Notes under the pieces: model-generated | What the model was told of the DNA's origin: nothing | Seen by the model: the letters and a program-made list of their open reading frames with translations, nothing else | Database searches by the model: none | Assembly (NCBI GenBank): GCA_002633005.1 | Contig: NMRA01000596.1 | Coordinates: 192,998-245,376, forward strand | Direction: 5' to 3' | Source of the DNA: Phoronis australis | Lineage: Eukaryota > Animalia > Phoronida | Length of the DNA: 52,379 nt | Part shown: positions 22,823 to 33,108 of the stretch, piece after piece | Numbering within the stretch: the stretch's first letter is position 1 | Layout: every line of letters starts with the position of its first letter | Made by a program: the position numbers and the translations under genes

Positions 22823-25438
22823 TTACTTTCCAGCTTCAATGACTTTAGCATTTGTTAACTGTGACATAAAATTCGAGGCTGTGCAGGTATAATTACCTTC
22901 GTCAAGTTCGTCCACGGGAATAATCGAAACTCCCACCGTTTTGGCTTCAGTAACACTCGGTTGTGAGGAACAATTCATATCGTTTCCTTTAGGGTCTTTG
23001 ATTACTATCCTTGGAGCTGGATCTCCGTAAGACGTGCACTGGATTAGCACCTCCGTGACGTTATGTATAACTTCCAGAACTGGTTGACTGGGCTTACGAC
23101 AGACAAAATTGCGGGATAAGTACGACTCAACGGTAGGGAAAGTTTTAAAGGGGGAATCGCATGTAGGGATGTCATATATACGTCTTTCATTTCTATAATA
23201 ATTATAGGCCCACATCTGTAACGGAGCGAATAAGCAGTTGCAGTGAAGTGGATTGCTCGATACAAAAATTGTTTGAAGGTGCTTTTCTCTGCTAACTAAC
23301 CTTCGCAGTATATCCAGTGGTAAAACATTTATACTGTTATTACGAACGGAGAGGTGTCGCAAACTGTTCAAATTTTTCATGGCCCCTTCCTCAATATCCT
23401 TTATGCCGCAACTGTCCATTTCGAGCCATTTCATCGACACAAGAGAATCAAACATATGCTGACTTACTGTTCGAATTCTGTTCCCAGAAAGACAAAGATT
23501 CAACAAAAAAGGCAAGTTGCCAAAGGCATCATCGTCTATGTGGTCAATTTGGCAATATGCCATATTCAATATACGAATATTCGGCAATCCTGACAGGGTA
23601 TTGTTTGTAACGGAACCTAGGTTATTAGCGCTTAAGTCTAAGTACCTTAACGCGATCATTTTGGCTGTCGTCCACTTTCCAAGGTTGTTATTCTCTATTC
23701 TAAGTACCTTGATGTTGCTGGGAAGAGCGTTCGGACTAATATGCACTATCCTGTTTCCTATCAGAAAGAGATCTTTAAGTAACGTCATTTTCCCAAAGAC
23801 ATTGTCTCTAAGTGACACAATGTTGTTATGCGACAAAGATAACTTTATTAGAGATTCCAGTCCTTCAAGCATATAGCCGTGTATGTCTTTTAATTTATTA
23901 CTGGAGAGAATAAGGGTTCTAAGACCACGAAACGATTTGAAGGGTTTGTCACTCAGGTCAGATATGTTACACAAAGACAATTCAAGTGTATCGATATCCC
24001 GAAAATTCCCAACGAACGTTTGTGAAACTTTAAATTGTTCGAAATCTCCTTTCAGTCTCAGTATTTTGATATTCGTGAAATGTGACACGTTAATTGTTAA
24101 GTTCACATTAGTTACTTCCAAATGGACCTCCTCACAGTTAATGGGGGTAAAAATGTCCATCTCACCGACTTCATTGCCGTCCACTGCTAAGAGTTTAAGT
24201 CTCTTTGGACCAACGAACTCTTTAGACCTTATCGTGGACAATTTATTTCCAATCAACGACAGATAATTGAGACTGCTCAAGTCTTCAAAAGTTCCACTTT
24301 CTAATGACAGTATCCCGTTGAAGCTTAGAAGCAGGGTATGCAGCTTTTTTAGACCCGCAAACATTCCGCGCTTTAAGATAGTAATTGCGTTATTTTTTAG
24401 AAATAGATATAGCAAGTCTTTCATATGAGAAAACGCCTTCTTTTCAATTGTCGCTATTCTGTTGCCTGTCAGGCTAAGTGAATATAATGACTTCAGACCA
24501 ATGAACATAGATTTCCTCACCTCTGGGATCCAATTTTCAGACAAAGCAAGTTTTCTAGCAGACAAATGAGACCTAAACGCTCCCCTTTCAAGCTCCGATA
24601 TTCTGTTGAGTGACAGGTCAACGTAGACTGTTTGATTGGAAAAAACGTACGATTCTTCAACTACTTGTAAATGGTTTTGCTTCAAATCCAAGTATAGCAA
24701 CGCAGGGAGCACCAGACCATGAACCTCACTTATGGAGTTGTTTCTCAATACTAACGTCTTCAAAATTTCCAGTCCGTCAAAAATATTCTCGTGCACTACC
24801 ATTAAGTGATTCTCCTCGAGGTTAAGACGCGTCAACCTGTTCAACCTGCTAAACGTACCATTTGCTATCCAAGAAATTTCGTTATTTCCAATCTGCAAAT
24901 CTTCAAGACTTAACAATCCATCACCAAGAGAATTGCGGTCCAGCGAAGTAATAGCGTTGGACGTTAAATGTAGAACTCTTATCAAAGGCATTTCTGCAAA
25001 TATGCCTTTTGACAGAAACGATAAGCGATTATTTGTGAGATCGAGGATTTCTAAATTTCTCAAGCCAAACAAAGTTTTGCGTGTTAGTACACGAATTCTG
25101 TTATCACTCAAATCCAGCGATTTCAATTCAATCAATGCAGAAAAAAGTCCGTCAGGGAAATCACTCAATAGATTCTTTGCAAGACACAGTTGCTTCACTT
25201 GTAGAAAATGGGTGAAAGCGTCACTCCGAATCTGGCGAATGCCACAGTTCCACAAGTCCACAGTTGCAGCGTTCGCTAAGTTCAATGTTTTCTCTCTGTT
25301 CAACACAGTTTCTCTCCGCTGCAGGCAGTTAATGGAATAGACAGTCCACCATCTTGCACTGAGCGCAACCAATAGGAGCACACGTCCTCTCGTCACAGCC
25401 ATCGTAGAGAAAATGATCTGAGTGCGTACAAGCGTCAT
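22823..25438 (-). CDS. Extracellular leucine-rich-repeat protein: signal peptide, about 27-29 LRRs, LRRCT and one C-terminal Ig-like domain; single coding exon
   Basis: Uninterrupted 871-aa ORF with repeated LxxLxLxxNxI units, NPLHCNC...W...C LRRCT and an Ig domain (IQCTSYGDPAP...DEGNYTCTASN). Hydrophobic N-terminus RGRVLLLVALSA. The second ATG at 25402 (acgATGG) has the better Kozak context. A minus-strand acceptor ttttttcag at 25464-25465 implies a 5'UTR intron. Confidence 0.92.
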   Translation of the reverse strand: MTLVRTQIIFSTMAVTRGRVLLLVALSARWWTVYSINCLQRRETVLNREKTLNLANAATVDLWNCGIRQIRSDAFTHFLQVKQLCLAKNLLSDFPDGLFSALIELKSLDLSDNRIRVLTRKTLFGLRNLEILDLTNNRLSFLSKGIFAEMPLIRVLHLTSNAITSLDRNSLGDGLLSLEDLQIGNNEISWIANGTFSRLNRLTRLNLEENHLMVVHENIFDGLEILKTLVLRNNSISEVHGLVLPALLYLDLKQNHLQVVEESYVFSNQTVYVDLSLNRISELERGAFRSHLSARKLALSENWIPEVRKSMFIGLKSLYSLSLTGNRIATIEKKAFSHMKDLLYLFLKNNAITILKRGMFAGLKKLHTLLLSFNGILSLESGTFEDLSSLNYLSLIGNKLSTIRSKEFVGPKRLKLLAVDGNEVGEMDIFTPINCEEVHLEVTNVNLTINVSHFTNIKILRLKGDFEQFKVSQTFVGNFRDIDTLELSLCNISDLSDKPFKSFRGLRTLILSSNKLKDIHGYMLEGLESLIKLSLSHNNIVSLRDNVFGKMTLLKDLFLIGNRIVHISPNALPSNIKVLRIENNNLGKWTTAKMIALRYLDLSANNLGSVTNNTLSGLPNIRILNMAYCQIDHIDDDAFGNLPFLLNLCLSGNRIRTVSQHMFDSLVSMKWLEMDSCGIKDIEEGAMKNLNSLRHLSVRNNSINVLPLDILRRLVSREKHLQTIFVSSNPLHCNCLFAPLQMWAYNYYRNERRIYDIPTCDSPFKTFPTVESYLSRNFVCRKPSQPVLEVIHNVTEVLIQCTSYGDPAPRIVIKDPKGNDMNCSSQPSVTEAKTVGVSIIPVDELDEGNYTCTASNFMSQLTNAKVIEAGK

Positions 25439-27663
25439 GTAAATGTATCGACATACCCTTGAACTGAAAAAATAAGTCCACTATGAAAACCACTGATTCC
25501 TCGCTGAAATTATCAAAATTAGAGACAAAATAAAGTTAACCAGGATTACCCAAGTCTACGCCAGATAACGACATTCAAGTGCAGCAAGTGAACACACTGA
25601 ACAGCTCATTTTTCAAATGACATATTGTTATCTAAATGGCAAAGGCAGCAAATTTAATTTCGATCTTCAGAAGTGGAAGCCCCAGTAATACTATAACAAA
25701 GCTTCAATCTTTGACCACTTTTGGGCTGATCTATATTATGATAGGGAAAAGCTTTTCAGCTGACTTCACGTAATGCCTCCTGTGACAGTAAAGGGAGTCT
25801 AGCTATCCGACCGTCTTCAGGTGGGGCTCCCGCTCTTCAGTCACCATCAGGTGGTGCCCCTCTTTTGAGCCCTACCGCAGGGCCCCTATATAGGGGCATC
25901 TGTCAAACAATTTTGCATCTGTATCCTCTGCATGCCATCTTGGATCGCTATCGCAACTAAATTAAATGGAATTATCTATTCCTGATGCCAGGCAATCCTC
26001 GTTGTCTCTAGCTCCGTGACTGGGGCCAGTTGAAGATGATTAACGTTATCACTGGGTGGAGGTATGACACTGTTACGCATTTTTTTTTCTTCAGTGGCCT
26101 TCCAGCGGACAACAGAGGAGTGGTGAACATTGGAAAATATCTAGCTCATTCTTAAATCTTCCAGGTATCCATTGTTAGGTATCACAACATACATCACAAT
26201 TGTCTACCATACATGTACTTCTAAAACCACTTGTTCAATGACGTGAACCCACAGTCAGGGGTAAGCTTTTAACCATGTTTGAGCAGATGTCAAACAATAG
26301 GCCCAGTGGTTTGTACTTTATACAGCGCAGAATATATGTACATGTAGGTGTACTAGTTCGAAGAATTATGAAATTTGATGTTATTTCTTAAAAAAATTTT
26401 CAAGTGAAATTGATAGGTGTTATTACGAGCATATTCATGTTTCGATTTTAAATTATATTTTGATGTTGGTCATTTTGAAACATGCAATGTTGATTCATTA
26501 TTGCAAATTCCAGTTTCAATCTGAAAATGAAACGTGAAACCATGAGTGACTTTTGCGATCTTGTAAATAAGTTCATTGAAGCTCTGAAAGGCCAAAGACA
26601 CACAGAACAGTTGAACAATGTATACATAATGCGGTGTAAACAGCAAAAACAATTGACATTCTTCTAAGAGCTTTGTCCTTGTGCGCATAGCATGATACAC
26701 TAACTTTAACAGCTTGATTTAACTGCTGACGTCATTCTTGGTAAGAAGTTTCTTATATGTCAATATATTTAGATCACACCACGCCCACGTGGCACAATTT
26801 TCAGATCTTGCCTCTTGCCTTTTAACCAACCACAACTCTGCAATTCGTAAAAGTCACTTTATTGTTTGAGAGGTTATACATCATTCGCGCCAACGACTGA
26901 TCGAGTTTCTTCTCCAACCAAACGTCTAACAATCGGTCTGTTTGGTCATGGTCCGCGTTTACGTGGGCGGACCTTCGTGTTCATGTCTTGTTGATTTCTA
27001 TCTTCCTGCGATTATTATACGCAGCACAGTCAATTGTTGTTTGACACATTGCCGTTAACCGGCTGCTTGAAAACTATCACAGTGTCGGGATGTTAACACC
27101 AGTAAACAAGAATATTGGCTGAATTTTCAAATTTACTTCATTTTTTCAGTTTAGTACTAATTGTATCGTTTCGCAGCATAATTACAAAGCCACCTGTGCA
27201 AATCCGAGTTAGTTTGCGCCGCAAGGTAAACAAGGATGCCCAAATTTATCTTAAAGTTACCTTGGTTCTACGGGTCGTAGCCTAGAACTGAGTTCCTGTT
27301 GCCAGTTGCCTGAAACAGTCACAAATAGGGACTCAAAGTTTCTTAAAATCTTTTACCTGCTTGCGTCTTTATTTCTCACAAATATTTTGTTTTTCTATCA
27401 ATTTATCGTTATTACGAGTTCCTCTTTGCCTCAATGCGATTTTTTCACAATTGATCTGAAAACTGAAATGAATATTGACCTAATCTTTAAATTTGGAAAG
27501 TTCCGTGACAAGATTCCTATTGATCGTCAGTAATATAGAGAATTCAGTAGAGTTCAGTGTGTATCGAAGCCAAACGTAATCTCGGTAATGAAAACAAAAC
27601 AGCACAACAAAGGACAATCGGTATTTTCACAAGAAAACAAATACGCATCGAAGGTCTATAATC

Positions 27664-28220
27664 TATGGTGCAATGAAGAAAATCACTTCATTTTTTTAAA
27701 GAAAATGGAATCTGAGTGATGATGAAAAAACAGAAGCTGCTGGTAAGATGTGAATTTTAATCGAAGTCTTAGTGAATCACTCAGAAATTCACAATTCTCT
27801 CTTTATCAAACCTTATCTTAAAACGATTTCCAAAGCAATCGCGTCATTATTGTCAACAAAAAAAACGTATTTGGTCTTTTGAGCAATTGAAGACTATTTA
27901 AATACAAAACATTTGTGAAGAACTGATTTCACAAAATATAAAACATGTAATAAGCATTACAAAAGAAGGAGGTTTCGCGCGCAAACGCTGTGAACCATAA
28001 ACAAGTAGGCCTTTTCGTATCTAGTTATGCGTTAAATCGTGGTGGTGCAGTGGTGAAGCACGCCCGCGTAATCCGCCAGGTCGTGAAATCGAGTCTTTGG
28101 TACTTGTAGTTTTTCCTGTTTGACACTTTCTCCGTGTTTTTTTTTTTTGCCTCTTTTCTTGGATAATACTCCAGGAATCAAGGAAAATGCTTGATTTTTA
28201 GAGGAAAAAACAGAAAAATT
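27664..28220 (+). mobile_element. Partial copy of the CAC-ended element at 40504-41512, opposite orientation
   Basis: About 550 bp reverse-complementary to 40957-41512, including the tRNA-like segment at about 28039-28100. Confidence 0.8.
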
Positions 28221-28483
28221 TACTGGGCGATGCTATGCGCATCTACAATCGTGCTTTGAGCAAATGTTTACAGACAAAATTTTGTCCCCCTTGTGATATC
28301 CTAGATCCGCCACTGAGTCCGGTGCCCCCACGTTACTGGAAAAACTTTTACCTTTAATTTTCCGCTTAGCTACCTCTCCTTTGCAATGAGTAACTGTAGA
28401 ATTAAATTTATTACGTAGAGTTGAATTTGCAAAACCGAGTTGGTTTTTTTTACAATTTTTGTCCTTTCCGCCTCTCATATAAA

Positions 28484-29884
28484 TGAAATGCGCCCACGAA
28501 TGCACCACTAACGGTGTGCTTCTAGAGGTGTTTATTTAGAACATAAAAATTTGCAACTAGATGGCACAAAATATGTCGAATCCATCCGAGAACTTCTAAG
28601 TGTCATCAAAGCTATTTACCAAATTTCATATAAATCTGTCAAGGAACTTCTGAGAAAACAGGAAAATGAAAAAATGAAATTGCCACTAAGAGGCTATAAG
28701 CGCAAAAAACAACTGCCACTAAGAGGCCCCAAAATAGATAAAGTCGTTGGAAAATTATTGTCAGACTTCCTCTTCCCATTAGGAACATAAATGCCAATTT
28801 CCACGACCATCCTTATAGTAGTTTGGTTGACAGAAAGGCAGACGTCAAATAACAACTCGAAAACAGTAAAATTGGCCACAAGGTAGCACAAAATGCCTCG
28901 AATTTTACCTGAAAACCAAATGATAGCGTCATCTCACTAATAGAGGCTTAACTGCCAAATTTTATGAAAATTCATTGACTGTCCTTTCATATACAGAGGT
29001 AAACGTAAAAAACTAAAATTGCCACTAGGGGGGACACCGGTAGCCCGATCCGTCGGAAAGTCGTCATCCTCTGTAGTCAGTTTCATATAAATACACAAGC
29101 AAAATTCAATAAAGATCCTGTAGAGCATTTAGGAGATACAGCCATGGGCGCAAAAACAAACAAAACTGCCACTAAGAGGCGCCATATTATTCCAAGTCAT
29201 CGGAAAATCATCGTCAGCCGCCTTCATCACAGCAAATTTAAAACATATATGCCAATTTCAAAATCATACCAAGAGCGGTTTGGTTGATAGAACGGCGGAC
29301 ACCAAAAAACAAACTTGAAAACAGTAAAAATGGCCACTAGGTGACGCAAAGTACACCTGAATCCGTCCGAAAATGGGAGGATGGCATCATCTCACTAATA
29401 GATGTCTAACTGCCAAATTTTATGAAAATCCGTTGAGTCGGCGGACCTGCAAATGTACAGAGGTAAGCGTGAAAAAAATAAAATCGTCACTAGGGGGCAC
29501 ACCAGTAGTCGGAGAGGTCCGAAATTCGTTGTCATCCGTCGTGATCTTCATGGGAACACATCTGCTAAACCTCATTAAAATCCTGTGAGGGGTTTATGAG
29601 ATACAGCCATGGGCGCAAAAACAAACAAAAATACCACTAGGAGGCGCCACAGTTGTCGAAGTCGTCGGAAAATCATCGTCAGTGGCCCTCATCACAGTAA
29701 GAACTTGCATGCCAATTTTCAAAATCATTCTTAGAGTGGTTTGGTTGATAAAACGGCGGGGTTTGGGAGATACAGCTGCGGACGCCGGACGACGGACGCC
29801 GGACACCGAATGCCGGACGCCTGGACGCCCAGACAGAGATCGACGGCAACATACGACCACATTGTACATGTGGGCGCATAAAAA
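28484..29884 (-). mobile_element. Helentron/HINE-like element with expanded internal repeat array
   Basis: TTTTATGCGCCCACA start on the - strand, (GTCC/GGCGTCC)n microsatellite, internal ccactag repeats and an inverted sub-terminal GTGGGCGCAT; same family as 47453-48240. Confidence 0.8.
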
Positions 29885-29889
29885 TCGAC

Positions 29890-30260
29890 CCTATATTTCA
29901 AAATTCAATCTAATTGTATAAAATCAATTCTGTTTTATAAATTCGTTCCTATTTGAGAAATTCAACATTACTTTAGTCATTCAATGCTATTTTAGAAAAT
30001 CAATGCTAGTTTAGAAATTGGATGCTATTTTATAAATTCAACACTATTCCACAATTTTAACCCTATGATATAAATTCAGTCCTAGTTTTAGAAATTCAGT
30101 TCTATTTCAAAAGTTCAACCCTATTCCATGAATTCAATCCTATTTTATAAATTCAATTCCATTTTTAGAAATTGAATCCTATTTTACAAATGCAATCCTA
30201 TTTCATAAATTCAATCTTATTTCATAGATTCAATCCTGTTTTGCAGATTGTAGCCATTTC
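29890..30260 (+). repeat. AT-rich ~22-bp minisatellite
   Basis: Repeated aaattcaatcctattttata-like units. Confidence 0.85.
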
Positions 30261-30571
30261 CCAAATTGCGCTTGTTTTGGGAATTCACTGATATTATTTG
30301 GGGAATTCACTGATCTTGTTTGGGGAAATCAATCCTCAGCGATTAATGAAACTAAACAAGTTGCAAAGATCGTTTTGGAATTTCAATCCTGTCGATAGGA
30401 AATAGAACTGTCTTGTTGGCCTGCGCCAAATGAACCTACGGAGCATGATATCGTTGCTCAAATGACATGTGAGACGTTGTCTAGCAAACTTAAGCCACCT
30501 GAACACCGCCCGTAGATCCGCCACTGTATTGCTTCAACCTCTAACATTGGTTCGACGTTTCGTTAGGTAAT

Positions 30572-30645
30572 ATCTACGGCCGTCTAGCGTTACGTCATTT
30601 CTACGGCCGCCTTCAGCGTTAGGTCGTTTCTACAGCCGTCTTCAT
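30572..30645 (+). repeat. Three-copy ~29-bp tandem repeat
   Basis: tctacggccg...agcgtta.gtc.tt repeated. Confidence 0.75.
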
Positions 30646-30884
30646 ACTGATAGGCATTACTCTCAAAAATTTGCAACTAGAACAGGAGGGTGAAAACGGG
30701 GTGGATTATGTTGACTTGGGTGAAATGGGTGATCACGAGGTGAGGACGTGAAACCGTGCAATATTAAAATGAGTCTTGTTTATGCCAAGAAACAAAGGAC
30801 AAAACAGCAATACACAGGTAATTTTGTCATGTGTAAGATACCGTCAAGCGACTTCTACAAATTGGACACGAAAAGACTGCCTGT

Positions 30885-31108
30885 GCTAATGGTAGATTAG
30901 TTAGAGCTTCGGACTCCCCCTTGTGAGACATGGGTTCAAATCCTGGCTTCACTTGATGACATTCGAGCTTTGCCGCACAAAGACGTCTCCTATTCCTCTG
31001 AGCTCGGTCTTACTTGTGAAGTTGTGCAAGGGAGTGAATGAAAGTTTGTTTGAGGACCGACATGCTATATAATAGCCCTTGGCTAAAGCATGTTTCCTTT
31101 TAAAAAAA
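30885..31108 (+). mobile_element. tRNA-derived SINE-like element
   Basis: Degenerate A box (tggtagattagttagagc), B box GGTTCAAATCC at 30933-30943, a ~150-bp body and a short A-run; no TSD confirmed. Confidence 0.5.
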
Positions 31109-33108
31109 TGAAAAAGAGAAGCTTGGAAATTACAAAACCGAGGAAATGATACGTTCTGCGAGTATTGCAACCATAACACTAGTGACCACTGTGAGATATG
31201 TACCAAAGACCAATACTAAGTCACAATTAAGTGTACTGGGGTGGTTTAATAATCAAAATAATGAATCCCTTCATATGAGCTGTTCTTCCCATACGTCCTC
31301 AGTTCACTGCCACATGAAACAGACATCAGAAGTACATGTAACGTAGGACATCACGTCTCCGTCAAGTAAAATACCTTGTTGCTGAGACAAACGCTCAAAA
31401 TAGCTGATGTATCCAGTTACAGCATACACTGTTCACTGTCAGGTGTACCGTTGGTATAATACAGGTTGGTCTCATGTCACGAAAGAAGAGTCTTCAAAAA
31501 TGCCATAGTAACCTAGACATTACAACGAATAGGTGGAAGTCATCACAAATCACCAATGGCATGAAACTGAACAATCACCAAGCGCATGGCTCAGCACCGG
31601 CAAAATTAATGCTAGTGGTTTAAATTTCGCAGTATTTCATCATCTACATGTAAGTGACACGGTTCACTCATTTGAGACAGAAGACGTGAGGGTACTGATA
31701 AGTAAAGTTCTTGGTTTGAACGAGGTGTCAGGGAGGCTGCCTGGCTTAAACTTACAAATCCCTTTCTGCATAGACACGCTGGTGTCAGATTTAAACTCAT
31801 GGTGCAGGACCTTACAGTTTTTGTCGACGAACTCCGAAAAACTTGAGGGCGACGAAATAATACAGTTCACGATTAATCTCTAGTAAACTCCTCTGCAATG
31901 TCGGGAAGTTTGTTTTATAGCAAGTTTAGTGATTTATATTTTGCAACTATTTATTCGCCATCGTCTAACTTTTGACAATAATATTACGTAACTTTGCCGT
32001 TTTTCAACTTTTCACTATTTTTGATCGTTATTGCATAATGCTCAAAGCCCCTACGTGTTTGTTGGCAGATTTAAAGAGAAAAGCATAGCATCCTGGTCAA
32101 GCATTGCGAAGAATAATTTTTGTAAACACTATCTTACCATGACATTTCATTTGTCTGCGGTGTTAAATCAAAATCTGCTCTAGATACTGAAGTGAAGAAA
32201 AATCCAAATTCAAAGTTGCCATATTTGCTGGACAGGGATATTTCAACTCCTGCCACTTACGTGGACATTTGGCAAGAATCAAAACTATTTCCTGGAAGGC
32301 TCCCATTAACACCAATCACGGTTCGCTTGATAATTTAGAACTTCCCGGAGAGAAAGTGATAATTTGCACGATGTTTTTTGATAGTTTAGAACTTCCTGGA
32401 GGGAAATTGTCAATTGGTGCATTCACAGCAAGGGATAATTGGAAAGAATTGCAGGCTACTGCAGAACAAATCATGAGGAGGGTACTAGTTTTGCTGAGTG
32501 TTTCTCTGGAAAAGTGAATGCCCCTGTACTGATTCTATGGAAACTCACACATTGGGAATGTTTTCCGGTAAGGTATATTCTGAAATTCTTCGATGTGGGA
32601 AAAGTATTGGTATAACTACGTTATTGCCGCAATTGCTCAAACGGTAAGTTATTAGCTACTGTCTCGCGAAAATGGATGTTATCACTTCGTTCTACCAGCA
32701 TGGATTAAATTTGTTTTGGGGGTCCTTATAAAACCTGTGGGAAAGCAAACCTTGGTCTAAGTATTGTGTCCGTGTGTTGAATACGTATAACGATTCGCGG
32801 GAAGGCATAAACAATCTCGGCTTCCCTGTTCAAGTACTCAGTAATTACTGTGCAGAACCGATACTATTTGTAATAAATTCAATGAAGTGAAGTTCAAAGT
32901 TGGTGCAAATGTAATTCAGCAAAAGCACTACTCTATTTGTAAACATTGGCTACGACTCCCAGGACTATTCCGTCCGAAAGTCCTGACTGGGGGACGACCC
33001 ATGTAGTCCGGGAGCCAAATGCTGTTTTTTTACTTAACCTGGATTTGCCGGATAAAGTTTTTGCTTTGCTGAGCATTTCATGTTGGCTAGACGTAAGTAA
33101 TCATGATT

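Noticed and set aside
23044-25340. Several overlapping or antisense ORFs within the LRR gene
   Set aside because: Shadow ORFs expected from a long repetitive coding sequence.
25790-25915. Hammerhead-like CTGAAGA motifs and palindrome GCCCCTATATAGGGGC upstream of the LRR gene
   Set aside because: No correctly placed GAAA or stems; the palindrome alone is insufficient to call a promoter or RNA.
27696-27715. TTAA-AGAAAATGG as a Kolobok terminus
   Set aside because: Homology between the two copies continues about 30 bp past the TTAA to a CACTGTG end, so TTAA is internal.
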